DNA of 63,843 bases, counting the filler, from Asterionella formosa (Eukaryota), in the NCBI GenBank assembly GCA_002256025.1. It is 5 parts of 5 records of this genome, joined end to end, with 100 filler letters (N's around TTAATTAATTAA, not from the genome) between each part and the next. Parts side by side here need not be neighbours in the genome. Positions count along the whole stretch, not along the records: positions 12,802 to 25,500 come from NKIB01007270.1; 4 more parts are not named here. One strand, given 5' to 3'. The notes beneath the pieces are model-generated. The model searched no databases, was not told where the DNA came from, and saw only the letters and a list, made by a program, of their open reading frames with translations. The position numbers and the translations under genes were made by a program. This document shows, one piece after another, positions 12,802 to 25,600 of the stretch (within the stretch, counting starts at the first letter, position 1; each line of letters starts with the position of its first letter).

Positions 12802-13590
12802 TGTTGATGAGGTTTTAATCCTATTGGATAATCCTACTACCTTGGATAACCATGGACGAGGTCCTTATTCTATTTATTCAAGTATATGCCAATGGTACAG
12901 TTACTTTTCAACAAACTATGCATACTACGGAACGAATTAATATCCATTACATCAAACCTTTTCAAAGGTAAAAGGTTTTCCCTTGGTGTGGGAGAGTGAG
13001 CGATCTTGCGCATCAATACAGATGTATATAGGGTTAGTGTTATATCATATATGAATAAGAACTCAATAATGAGAGAACTCGACTAACCCTCATTGTATAC
13101 TTTGGTGTCGACTTGGAGAACGAGTTACACACAAGGATTAACAAATAAGCTTATATATTCAACAAATACTACTACTTCTAGTTAGATACTTCACAAGGTA
13201 CCTGGTACTGGTACCTGGTGAGCGATCTTGTGCATCAATACAGATGTATATAGGGTTAGTGTTATGTCAGATACATCAGAACTCAATAATGAGAGAACTC
13301 GACTTACCCTTATTGTATACTTTGGTGTCGACTTAGAGAACGAGTTACACACAAGGATTAACAAAAAAGCTCATATATTCAACAAATACAACTACCGGTA
13401 CTTCTAGTTCGATAATTCACCTGGTACCTGGAACCACATAAAAACTGATCGAGAGTCAAACGTTTGGATACCTGGTGAGCGATATAGGGTTTGGGTTAAC
13501 TCGACTAACAACTACATTGAATACTTTAAGTGTCAACCAGGAGAACGAGTTGCAAATTAGAATTAACAATATTGATGCACTCTCAAGTCC
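12802..13590 (+). repeat. Dispersed repeat (possibly LTR-derived): one ~390-bp TG...CA unit plus two partial tandem copies
   Basis: Block GTGAGCGATCTTG...GAGAACTCGAC...GAGAACGAGTTACACACAAGGATTAAC...GATACTTCACA occurs at ~12996-13195 and ~13218-13420, with a degenerate copy at ~13475-13590. 12802-13195 starts TGTTGA and ends TTCACA. Another copy lies at ~32956-33125. Confidence 0.65.
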
Positions 13591-15953
13591 CAGTGGTCCC
13601 ATTGATAAAGGATTACAACATACTTAACATCAAGAAGGCTCAGACCTTTCTTTTACACCTAACAGTTCAACACTTGGAGTCTTTCAACCAAGATGTGATC
13701 AATGGATGCTCAGTGGAAGCTTTGTTTATTGGTTTCATAAAAACCTGTGATTTGGCTATGGCTAACACATGGTACCTTCAGTCCAGCAGATAACTTTGCT
13801 TACTACAAAAGATACCTTAAATTCGTTATTTTCGAACATTGTCAAGGCAGAGATGGCACGATGCAGGATTCTCCAGCTGCACACAAAAACTTCACTCTAC
13901 CGTTTTATATACAGAAAGAAATCGCAACATATAGGTTAAATAATTATATACTAGTGTCTAAAAGTGCTACCTTGGGTATCATGTACCCTGAAAATACATA
14001 CCGGTATCCTACTTAGCCATAGTATATAGTATGTGAAATGTGCTGGCCTAATTGGGAGTGCATCGAAACTGAGGCAGAAGGTGTGCATAAAACATGCGCT
14101 ATTGGACCTTCCTGATGATGGAGTGCCAGGTATCTGGTATACTCTCAGGACTACGACGTACTGGTGGTACCAGGAACCAAAAAATGAATTACCGGTGACC
14201 CATGACTGGGAAAAATTTCGAACCGGATTTGACCCATCTTTGGCATCAGTTGGCAGCATAAATTTTTGTTTTGTGATGAAAAATCAATTATTTTCTATTT
14301 CTCAAGCTCTAGAATGTATGTTTACCATATACCAGATTTTGTCATACTGATAGTTCTCATCCAATATGGTGTCGATCTGTCATGCCATTTCAGCTGATTT
14401 TTTCTTGCTGCTGAAATAATATAAGAATGTAAAATCTGGGGGAAAATTTTATTTTTGAAATAAATTAACTCATAGTATGAGTATTTCTGATGCAGGCCAC
14501 ATGATTAATCCTATTTAAGCAAGCTTTTTCCCACTCAAGAACTCTTTCTCTATTCATGTATTAGGTTTATTTAGCTAGATAGGAGGATGAGCAAGTGACA
14601 GCAATCGAATGCATACTTGAAGATACTTGCAATGAAAACTCAACAGAAGTCAATGCAAAAATCAAATCTGTTGATTGTTCAAGTCATTCATCTAGTACTT
14701 ACACCGGAAAAGCTGCTCTGATTCAACATGAGTTCTTCAAAGATGAGTCGCAATAAAAGCAGAAGTGATGAATACTACTAGTATGTGTTGAGTGAATTCT
14801 CAAAAAGTTTCTCAACTTCATAGAATGATGGCAAAGCCACTGACAGCAGTGGTGGTGCACAATAAATGAGACAATTATTTTGCGAGCATTTCAATGCATT
14901 AGCTTTTGGGATAAATAAAAAATGCGACAGCAGGAACAATGATTTACACAACAGGACAATGCGCAAACGGGAACAACAAATGCAGAGAAGAAGACGAGAG
15001 GAACAAGGACAGCGAACAATGCGAAGGCCGGCCGGTCAACAACTCCAAAGAACATGACCAGCACCACAGAAACATTGAGTGGGAATGCGCAAGCCGGAAA
15101 AAGACTGCAAGCAAGAAGCGAACAGAAACAAAGAGTGCAAATGCGTAAGCTTGAACAAAGACTGCATGGAATTTCTGGAGGGTCTGGGGGTTGTCTAGGT
15201 GCTGAATATTGGAAAATTTAAAGAGGGGAGGGGAGGGGAAGTTCGTGGCAGAATAAAAATGAGTAAGCTTCAAGAAAGCGCTGTGAGAAAATGAGATTTC
15301 TCAACAGAGAAATGGTGGATTTGGCTGATTCTTGCTGTGGAGGGACCAGAAGGTCTAGCGGAGCTTGTTGAGAGAAGAAGAGTGGAGGAGACTCATGCCA
15401 TAGATCAAACCCAGTGTGCCTGTTTAATAAATAGACTATGATAAGTATGTCATATACCAGTATATGGCATGAAAATACCCTCATGAGTTCCTGGTACCAG
15501 TACATGTATACTGGTATGATGGATGAAGCATCATGAATTTTGCATTTGTATGCTTTGAACCAAACAGGATAATCCATATTCACAAATGAATGTAAAAATA
15601 TTTTCAATTTCAAATTCTGCATTGACTCACTGAGACTGAATTTCATCTCTAGATGAATCTAAATATCTTCTGAGCCAGATGTTGGGTAGGAACATGATGG
15701 TAATATATCTTCATCTTCTGACATGAATCCTACCAAACATATTTCAGAGAGAAGCAAGTTAAGGTTTTGTTGAATGAGTCAAACAAATGGTAGGAATCAG
15801 TGGGTCAATGTAGTTTTTTACTGGTACCAAGTACCATAACACAACTCCATTAGTAGTACCAGCAGACTACCAGTAAAATGTACTAATAACAAGCAGACAA
15901 AACAAGTTGCTACCAACAACACATCCATACACCAAACATGTACTCATCAGATG

Positions 15954-16980
15954 CTAGCGAGCTTTCATTTCCTTTTTCTTTCTATCAGCCATGCTTGCAA
16001 AGAATTCATCAATCGTGAAAATAGTATAGGGAACAAAGATAATTCCCAACATACAGCTCATTAGTGTCACTGGAAGGGTGTCCCAGACAGAATCTGGGAC
16101 TGATTCTAGTAGCTTGAAGAGTTTGGAACCTGCTGTGTCGAGGTGAGCAAGGACAACTCCTGGAACTCGTTCCACCACCCAATCTTTCGCTTGATAACCA
16201 ATCTCGCCGCAACGGTCGGTAATTTCATCGTAGTTTTCCAATTCTGTAAAGTTTGTCCATGCCACAATAGCAGCCCAGGAAATTGCCACGAGAATGTACT
16301 GGGCCATAAGTGGAACAAGAATGAGAGTCAGGGCCCACTGTGCCATCACTCGAGTCAATACATTGGAACACAGGACAGTCATGACTTGAGTAAATTCTTC
16401 CCGGTCCAACGATCCGGAATTGTCAACATCCATCTTCACAAAAACAGCGTGTACACGTTCTCGGTCAACGGGCTGTGGAGAGTGAGACAGACATGAAATA
16501 TCATCAAACAGGACGGCAACAAAAGATGGAAATTCTTACTTTACAAGCAGCCGGACCCGCATAGGATCCTAGTTTAAGGTGAATTAATAGCAATCCACTG
16601 TATAACTCCTTTTCGTCGACGCTTCCACTCCCATCTTGATCGACTAGATCGAAGGCCTGAGCACTCATTTTCTGAAACCACTTGCTGCGCGATAAATACG
16701 ATTTCGTTGGCACAGGTTTGGAACGCTTGACCGCAATCGGAGAAGGAACATCTTCAAAGACATAGTTGTCCGTCGCATCATCCGACATTCCTGGAAGCAA
16801 AGCGGATTTATGGTTGACAGTGTTCGTGGTCATTTCTGACATTGCGCCAGGTGTATCCAGTAAATGTAATTTTTGGGGCGGTCGGTCTGGTGTTTGCGGA
16901 ACGACTGGAGCGGTTTCCTTCTTCTTTTTGAATGGATTGCGAAAGAGCTTCTTCTTCTTGTTAGCTACCGCCGACGTCAT
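15954..16980 (-). CDS. EF-hand calcium-binding membrane protein (2 exons: 16980-16540, 16472-15954)
   Basis: Two canonical EF loops, DQDGSGSVDEKE and DVDNSGSLDREE. GT-AG intron 16473-16539 joins ...AACK|PVDRE. Hydrophobic C-terminal segments. Confidence 0.88.
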
Positions 16981-18402
16981 GGTGATTGAGATGTAAAATT
17001 GACAATTGAATTCGATGCCCTGATTGAGATTTATATCTAATTTGCCGGTGTATTTCGCTTGGATTGACTTGGTTGATGTGTGTTCTCAAGTGTGAAATGG
17101 AATGGACTCAAGAACAAGTCAAGACCATCACTGGCAACAAGTTCAAAATCTTTCTTTACGCCACAACTTTGGCCTCACGACGGTCTCCTGCGGTTATCAT
17201 CATTTCGTTTTTGCCGCATGAAGATCAATCCTTCGATGTCGTAGTATATGTACTCCTACCGGTACTCCGGTATCGCTGTCCTGTATACGCCATGTTTCGT
17301 CCAGATCATGTCATGCCTGTACTTACAGTCATTTTGCTTCAATGAACAATTTAATATCGGATGAAGCTAGCTAAAATTTTAGCTTCAGCACAATTTAGTG
17401 TAACTTGCTCTGGTATCCTCTTCCAGTAAAAATGCCTTCACGACTCATTGAGCTGTGGAGAATATTAGTTCAAGTCATGAAGAGTCGAATCATGCATTTG
17501 CCATGCCAATCAGCTTTGTAACTGCCAGGAGATCAACAGATTGACGAATTCTATGGAAATCGAAATCCAGTTTTTTAAGTGGAAATTCGAAGAGCAGAGT
17601 CTTAGAATGACTACCGGTATGTGGGAAGCCAAGATAGATTCATGGAAAGGAAACATTTGGTTTAGCATATAATTTTAGAATTAGCAATTGAGGAATCATT
17701 GTGTAAATTGACAGGAAGGTCAATTATTTAATCTACCAGAAAAAAGGAAGTGGTATCAGGGAGTACTATTACCTAGCACATAAGAATGTATACAAAGAAG
17801 CAACATGGCCCATCGATGGGGGAAGGAGTACAAAGCTTTTAACATTGAGTTAGGGTAATTGTTTGACTCCTCCAACTTGACCAACTAGAGGTATATTATA
17901 TGCAATTTCAGACTCATTTGCTTGCTCAATACTGCAGTGTCAGAGGGGCATCAATCATGTTGGTTGTTGTTTTAAAATTCTGATTGAATGATTCATCAGA
18001 AGTTGAGATTTTAATATACAGGTAAAAGAGATCTAAATGTGTTAATGTTGTATATCCCAAATTTCTTCATAGATGAATAAAAATTTATTTATAGTTTTGA
18101 GAATGAATTAGGTTCATGTGTTAAAGCACTTGTGAAGCATGTCATTATTCATTTTTTGACTACCAGTACTGGTAACCATAATCATATGCATATGCATGAT
18201 GATGCCACATACCTAAATAATTTTGTCTCTTTGGAAAAAATATAGATTGTTACAAATGAGGTTAAGATTCAAATCAATCTCGAAATATTCATATTGATTA
18301 TCATATGACACATGACGAGGTGACTCCTAAACTAACCCTGACCCATGTTGACCCATGTTCTCCATTTTTTGGGTTGATCGGCTAATTCAGTCAACCAATG
18401 AC

Positions 18403-18744
18403 AAACTGAGTCTAAATTTCAAACTAATTACACAGCTCAGCTCCATGCTCAAGTAAGAAGCTAGAACGCACAACCACAGAATTTACATCCAAACATATCA
18501 AAACTGATGTTTTCTTTCATCAATATTGGAAATGTTGCCAGAAAGAAATTTGATTGCAGCAATTTATCATCGTCGGCTATTTCAGGCAGTCTATTGAGAC
18601 GAGAAACCGAGTCCAAATCTCAAACTAATATCATAGCTTTCAAGCTTAGCTACATGTTAAGTAAGGAGCCAGAACACCCACAGAATTTGCATCCAAAAAT
18701 TTCAAAACTGATGTTTCTTTCATCAAAGCTCGAAATGATGCCAG
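18403..18744. repeat. Degenerate ~140-bp direct repeat, two copies ~200 bp apart
   Basis: AAACTGAGTCTAAATTTCAAACTAAT...CCACAGAATTTACATCCAAA...TCAAAACTGATGTTT...GCCAG at 18403-18541 and a diverged copy at 18604-18744. Confidence 0.75.
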
Positions 18745-19650
18745 CAGGAAAATCTATTACAGAAATTTATTATTGATATAAGCTACAAATTCTGAATCTT
18801 CTTGTCATCAAGGCGGAGTCTGCTTTGACGCATTGGATGACAATGTCCTTGCAGACAAGCCAGTTTGTGATCCACTTTTCAATTGTCTTCAAAGACACAT
18901 TTTCATTGCCATCAAAATAGCCTCTTTAAATCCGGGAAATGTTTGTTCCCTCCACATGAAACCCCACCATTGCACCATCCAAAATAGACCTCCACATCCA
19001 GGTTTGATTTGGCTGAACAAAATATGCTCAGGCAGTTGGATTGATACTTTTAGACTTAATGTACTATTTTGGTTGTCATACTGTATGCAAAAAATGATTT
19101 GGTTAGCTATCCACAATTTTTAGCATGATACAAGTTGTAGAACCGACACAAACTATTTCAATCATAGAATTAGGTACCACATGGAGCAGTCCTCATGACG
19201 GATGGAAATTTTGCTCCGGTATGTCGTCAAAGGGAAAGTCAGGTAGACCAATGGTTATGAGGGATTTTTAGGATTTTTTTTTCACTTTTCTCTATGGTCA
19301 AATATATTAACTTTTCAACCCCCCCCCCCTCCTTTAATGGCGGAAACGCCAAAGTTGGTGGTACCATCACTGTGATTTGTGTGCCGGTTTGTTGCAGCAG
19401 ATTGATAGGTCCATTGTACAGCTACTGTTGTGAATCAAGGAGCAGTATATGCATTGATCAACTCTTTGAAGTCTATATTAGTTAATTCAATTTCTACGAA
19501 CATTTATATTCTTTTTTAAATTAAATTTTACAGTATGTTAAACCTATCCAATAATCGCACTCATGCCCATAATTTCAATGAAAACAAATAACAATTAAAA
19601 CCGGTTTTGTTCGTCCGTATGGTACAATGGGACTTGTCTTTTCTTCAGCC

Positions 19651-19752
19651 ACAACCCCCAGAACCCTTGGGACTACATGAAAAAGGCAGTTGGAGAATGC
19701 AGGAATCAAATCCACCACCACATGGGTGTGCTAACCACTAAGCCTTTTCTCC
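19651..19752 (-). mobile_element. Putative tRNA-derived SINE, copy 1
   Basis: Minus strand reads GGAGAA-AAGGCTTAGTGG (A-box-like)...GATTTGATTCC (B-box-like)-TGCA-TTCTCCA, with acceptor-stem complementarity GGAGAA/TTCTCC. The following body TGTAGTCCCAAGGGTTCTGGGGGT is shared with the copy at 32320-32427. Confidence 0.55.
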
Positions 19753-21590
19753 AATTTCTACCAACTTATAGAGTGAATATTTTGTCCTCTAAATGAATGG
19801 TGACATCAGAAGATTGTTGGACATGGCTGGTTGGACACCTCATGGGACAGCTAGAAAAATTACTTTCAAGTGTATCCACCTGCACCTAACAGCTTCCTTC
19901 AAATACAGCAATCCAGAATCGGCGCTCCAGTCTGCCTCTGAACCTGATGATGGATCAAAGATACAGCACTCAAGTCTCCATTGCCGAGATTTTCCTCTTC
20001 ATCATGCCTTCTGTACTATATCTTCATGATCTTCTGCTGTATGTCTTCATGTTGCAACTCGCACACTGTACCTACTTCAGGTGGTTTATGAAAGAATACA
20101 TGCATATCATTAGAAGAAATTCCAGCAATGACAGTTGACAATCAACAATTAAGGCGCCTGGGATTTTAATAACTCTGACATCAGTCACAAGGGGCTTACC
20201 TTCTCCTCCACAATCATTGCTTCTCTGACTACTAGCAGGCCTCAACCAAAGCTCTATCCTCGAAACAGATACTGTGAAGTATCAAAACTCTACCAGAAGA
20301 TTGGATTGAGTAGGCATGTTGGAATTAGCTAGATGCAGCAACGATTTTTGTTTTTGTTGCTTGATGCTGTTGATGCAGCAGTGATATTTACGAGTTGGTT
20401 GGTGTTTAACACCCATCCAAATGGCCGATCAGGCAAGAGTCTAATTGATGCCAGTGAATTTGAGTACAAAGGTGGTTTGCATATAAGCTTATAAAATAAT
20501 AAAATGAAATTACTTAACAGCAAAATATTGTCCCTCTTTGAAGACAACGTTTTCGAAATGATCCACCAGATGTACTAAGCAACTTTCGTAATAATGACTT
20601 TACTGGTAACCAATTTAGATATGAGGTCTGACAGGCACGAAGCGCAACCTCTAGGAATGGTTACCAGTTAATATCATTTTTGAGGAAGTCAAAATCGTGC
20701 AGTTGGCTACAGAGGGATAATTTTCCATTAGCATGATGGAGTAGGAGAGAAACTAGTTATTTAGCTAGGTATATCAAGTTATGTATGTCAACTTTTGTGA
20801 TACTATTGCCCTGGCATCCTATTCTTATCCAAAACGGCAAGTGCTCCATGTGACAAGAATGTTGAAGCCATGACAAATTTGGGCCTGCCAGAAAACAAAA
20901 ATGAAATTTCAATTTTTCATTGAAACTGGGAATTTGAGCTTGTAATTTCTTCATTTATGTTTTAGAGTATGGAGAAAATGGTGAAGTTGGTGTGCCCATA
21001 ATTGTTTGGTGATCAAAAAAGGCCCAGCATCATATACCTCCTCTAAGCAAGATTAATAGTGGCTGTGCACACTGGGGTACAGGATACCAGGTTTTATGGT
21101 AGCTGCACTGTACCTGGTAAGGATGATCAAATCAACTGTCTGGGGCTTTATTCCTATGTATTAACCACTTGGCTCAATAGCTATATTGATGATGTGATAA
21201 TAAACAAGAACTCAGTACACACCTGATGAATAGACACCACTACTGGTACAATAATGTGTCAAACTCTTTGATCTGGTGATAGCCATGCCTAAATGATAGT
21301 CAATGCAGTTGTTATCAAATAAATGTAGCCAGGTGAACCTTTGATGTATCATGCAGCAACTTTGGAACGGTTGGTGGTTTCCCTGTTTAACATGAATGAT
21401 GCTGCAAATGATGACACAAATATTCCCAATTTACTTCCAGGTCACATGAAAAATGCTTGTAATCTGCTAAATTTCATGGCTCAAAGGTATGACACATCGA
21501 ACAACAGAAGCAACCTGTGGCAGATGGCAGGATCACTCCAAAACAATTTGATGCACAAAGACTGAGTTCAATATAGCTTGCTCAATTCCA

Positions 21591-23374
21591 TTACAATGCT
21601 GCTAGCAAGTCGATACCCCAATTCAAGTAGGCTCGTAGATACCTTGCACTGGCTAATGGCAAATCTCGAGGAACTCCAGTGCGATCCCTAAGGTATGCCA
21701 AGCTGGAAATGACTCCTTCGGCTTGTCCCTTTGGCACTGCGCTGATTAATGTATCACCATGGGTATTGGCATCATCATCCAACAGTGCTAGACAGACCAC
21801 TCGTAATGCAGCGTCCACAAAGGGGCGGACAACGTCATCTGGGTCTGCATATGGATCCGCCAATTGCGCTCCAAAGGATTTTCGTGGGTTCTTTGCACCC
21901 TTGGGTCCACCGCGAGAAGCAAATCGAGAGACATTGACCCCATTACCTGCTAGTTTCCAAGCTGCCATATATCGACAAGCCTTCTCCATAATAACAGGAT
22001 CAGCATCATCATAGCTACCTTTGGCATTGGCTGCCAGGCCCATGGATTCCAAGACAGCCAAAGGGAGAGGAGGACCATTGTACAACGGTTGCAGAGGATC
22101 ATCGAAAGAGAGAGGCAGAGTCCAAGACCCATCCTGTGAAGGCAATGGGCAAGTGTTAAAAAGAAATGACTCACATAAATTGAAAATGTTTCCTTTACTC
22201 ACACGACCAATAATACTATTGGCAAACTTAATACGGTCCTCTTCAAATCCTCCATCATAACCAGGTCCATACTGCGGCGGGATATCCATGACATGTGTGA
22301 AGTAATCACTTTTAAAGGCCAGATAAGACTCGCGTCTTTCAAATGCTTCTAACCAGTCATTAATACCATTCAATCCCCACTTAGGATCTCGCATATCGAG
22401 TCCTTTCCAAAAGGCTACACTGGCTAACATGCGTTCGACGTGGGAAACGTAAATGAAATCAATCATTGTCGGGTGGTCCTTGTCACCAAAGAACCACGGA
22501 CCCGATTCCTTGTTGAGTTCGACATTGACCTTTTGAATACAATCGAAAAATCCCCGCATGGAAGAGCTCATTTCAGAGTTTTTGGCAAAAGGATTCATGA
22601 AACTGCTACTTTCTGGGCGAAAGACTAGGGTGCACCACCAGCTAAACAGTTCCCTTTCGAGTTTTGCCAACTGCGTGTATCGTTGATTCGCGGCAATGTC
22701 GTTTGTTCTTGGCATCATTTCTTTGTATCCTTCTTCTGCTGTATGCCACTTATCTAGCAGTTCCATGATTACGCCAGATTCCGTAATAATTTTGCCTTCG
22801 ACCTCAATGGCAGGCAAGAGGCCTGATGGCACCTTTTGGAGAAATTCCCTTGGTTTGTCTCCGTAGCTTCTCATGGGCACGAGTTCAATCTTCATTGGTA
22901 TTTCCTTTTCTTCGATCAAGAGCATTGTTTTTTGACAGTATGGACACCTGTGGTATTAGTTGGAATGTACCGGTATAGGTAGATCAAGATGCAAAGGTGT
23001 CGGAGACTACGATTAGCAACAGCTCACAGAAACAAGGCCCAGATTCCACTGCAATTTAAGTAGCAAGCTTACCACCCAGCATGATCACGAAAGAGCGTGA
23101 TATCCGGCTTACCCTTACCAAAAGTACGAAGAGTACTCTGCACATGAGCGCTCCCTTCTCCCTTCTTGCGGAGTGCCATTTGATCGTCGAGCGCCTTGCC
23201 CACTGGAGTCTTTGTGGCGGCACTTTTGAGGTCTGCCCATGATGGAATACTCGTTGTTGTACTTGACATTGTGAGGGCACGTCTAGTCACAGATGCGTAC
23301 ATGGGCACGAAGGCGACTGCACACGAAGCCAACAGAAAGGCGGTGAGAATCTTTATCATGGGTGCCAGCATCAT
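21591..23374 (-). CDS. Plastid-targeted glutathione S-transferase family protein, Cys-type (lambda/omega/DHAR-like) (exons 23374-23073, 22947-22203, 22133-21591)
   Basis: Signal peptide ending AVA-FVP (diatom ASAFAP-type motif). Splicing intron 22948-23072 creates DHAGWCPYCQK. Also KP..FLQKVPSGLLPAIE, ITESGVI and a GST C-terminal GPWFFG..PTMID. Second intron 22134-22202 is in frame. Confidence 0.9.
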
Positions 23375-23984
23375 TTTATAGGTGGTACCTGGTACCTTGT
23401 ACGAAACGACAATAATCATGCTGATTATAAGATATATGTGTATGATATTATGTAGGCACGATAATTGTCATCATTTGAAGAACCATTTGTTGAAACGACG
23501 TATGGTGACGGCGTGGACAGCTGGACAGGTGAATTTGATGACGCGACTATGACATCAGATAATTGCAGCTATGATACCGGTACCGGTACACGAAGAACGG
23601 TACCTGGTACAGTACATGTTACTGATCATAAATATATACGGGTACCTGGTATTGCTTATGATCATATTCACATGTCAAGCAGGACATGTACCGGTATACC
23701 GTATGTGGCTGCCTTTTATTTACATGCAGATACACATAGGACCAATCCAACAATCTCCAACAGGGTTACATGCATATTGTACAAGTCGTGTGATAGACCT
23801 ACCTACCGGTAGTCAACATGTATACAGGTATGTAGCTGCTTCATGCTGTGCAATCACAATCATTGTAATGATGGCACTCCCTCTACCATCAGATACTCCG
23901 TACTAGGTAGCTGATCATCCAGTGTAGGAATAGTTGATGCAATGGAATTTGAATTGCACCCATCAAATCAATTCTATCCTTCTC

Positions 23985-25085
23985 TCATTGAGTATTCCAA
24001 CCCACTACTTCCTTAATCAACGCTGGCACAATCAATATCGCAAACAATGGGTTCCTCATCCAGAAATCTCCAACACGAAAATGAAACAAACTAGCCCCTA
24101 TTGATACTGATGTACCGTTGTTGTAATCAACACGATGCCATGTCCACGTGGGTAAATAAAGAGCATCCCCTGCATGTGTTGTAAGGGTGATAGCCTCATA
24201 CCTTCCTTGTTGTAGTGCATTACTTTCCATGTTACTGTACACAAAGGCCCTGCCATCGGCTGCCAGAGAAGGACGTAATTTCCACCATTGCGTAGGATCT
24301 ATCAGCGTCCATACTTTAGTTCCTTCCAATTGGACTGCAATGTTCGCAATGGGTTCACAGTGCAACTCTGTTTTGACCACCACTTGAGAGGATGAGGGGT
24401 GATGGCCGCCAATGAATAATGGGACTGTTGTTAACCTAGTGGTAGTCAAGGAAAATGGAGTAAAGTAGTTTCCAAACAAAGGGGTCAAGATAGAAGTAGG
24501 GGCTACTTCTTTCAGTAGTTCTGGATATCGTTCCAAAAGCAACTGGGTAGCTATTTTGTGAGGGACTCCTTTGGTAATGTTCAAGAGTATCTCAGATAGT
24601 GGTGCAGTCGCATCAGGAGACAGAGCCTTTGGCAAAGCGGAATTTGTAAAGTACGGAATGGTCATGGATTCTTGAAGCAGTCCACGGAGGGAAAGACGGC
24701 GAGTCTGAGAGGAAAGGTCTTCTTGTGACCACAAATTCTTCAAGAGTAAAGGTCGGCGACGCCAGTCGTTGCCATGCTGATATTCAATAGCCTTTGATAG
24801 CTCCTCAGAGGATAGATACAGAGACACGTCAACGGTTGGTGTGTTGAGCAGTGAATGTGGCTTTGCCGCTGATTGTGTGTTCTCCTCTCGTTCCCATCGG
24901 TTCCAAGCAGCGCGAGTCAAGGTGTTATGTACTGAAGTCATCGGTATCCATTGCGCAACGGACCATAGCAGAGCATCTGCAATTGAGGCATTTGTGTGTA
25001 TCACCCATAGCGATACGTAAGCAGTTGCAACAGAGCAGCATGTGAGAGCTAGTGCCTTAACAGCGACAGCTACCGGGATCTGCAT
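23985..25085 (-). CDS. JmjC / cupin-like 2OG-Fe(II) oxygenase domain protein
   Basis: TELHCEPIANIAVQLEGTKVWTLIDP (HxE) and GDALYLPTWTWHRVDY (distal His) match the JmjC/Cupin_8 pattern. Probable start MQIPV at 25085. Hydrophobic N- and C-terminal segments. Confidence 0.85.
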   Translation of the reverse strand: MQIPVAVAVKALALTCCSVATAYVSLWVIHTNASIADALLWSVAQWIPMTSVHNTLTRAAWNRWEREENTQSAAKPHSLLNTPTVDVSLYLSSEELSKAIEYQHGNDWRRRPLLLKNLWSQEDLSSQTRRLSLRGLLQESMTIPYFTNSALPKALSPDATAPLSEILLNITKGVPHKIATQLLLERYPELLKEVAPTSILTPLFGNYFTPFSLTTTRLTTVPLFIGGHHPSSSQVVVKTELHCEPIANIAVQLEGTKVWTLIDPTQWWKLRPSLAADGRAFVYSNMESNALQQGRYEAITLTTHAGDALYLPTWTWHRVDYNNGTSVSIGASLFHFRVGDFWMRNPLFAILIVPALIKEVVGWNTQ

Positions 25086-25500
25086 TGTGTTGGTTCTCTG
25101 AGCTGATGATGATTTTGCACCATAACAAAATATGAGTGATATGAAATACAAAATTAAAATCTATGGAACATGTTCACACGTCTACTTATGGATTAAGTCT
25201 ATGGTTAGTCTACGTATGTACTTTTATTGCATTGCATTGCTTATTATATACTTGTTACCATCCATCCCGACCCTAACGGTACCCGGTACCAGTAAAAAAC
25301 TGCTGTGACCCACTAAAAAATATTTGGAACCGCTGTGACCCACTGAACAGGAGAAAAACACGGTTTGACCCTCCCAAATGCAGATTTGTTAATTTTAAAA
25401 CTTCGATCCCAATCTTGAGCATGTACGCTTTAAGGCTATGTCATTAGATATAAGTTTATAGCAATTGGTTTCTCCTAAAATATTGGTTGAAAAGTGCAAT

Positions 25501-25600
25501 NNNNNNNNNNNNNNNNNNNNNNNNNNNNNNNNNNNNNNNNNNNNTTAATTAATTAANNNNNNNNNNNNNNNNNNNNNNNNNNNNNNNNNNNNNNNNNNNN
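25501..25600. other. Artificial scaffold-joining spacer
   Basis: N44-TTAATTAATTAA-N44. Confidence 0.97.

Noticed and set aside
14400..15300. Possible hAT-like transposase remnant (ATDSSGG motif); similar unassignable debris at 1-430, 3390-4330, 11530-12470 and 17500-21500
   Set aside because: Too short and degenerate to support a family call without a profile search.
19691..19752. Functional tRNA gene
   Set aside because: The anticodon arm is collapsed and the T-loop is mutated (TTTGA). It fits a SINE head or pseudo-tRNA better.
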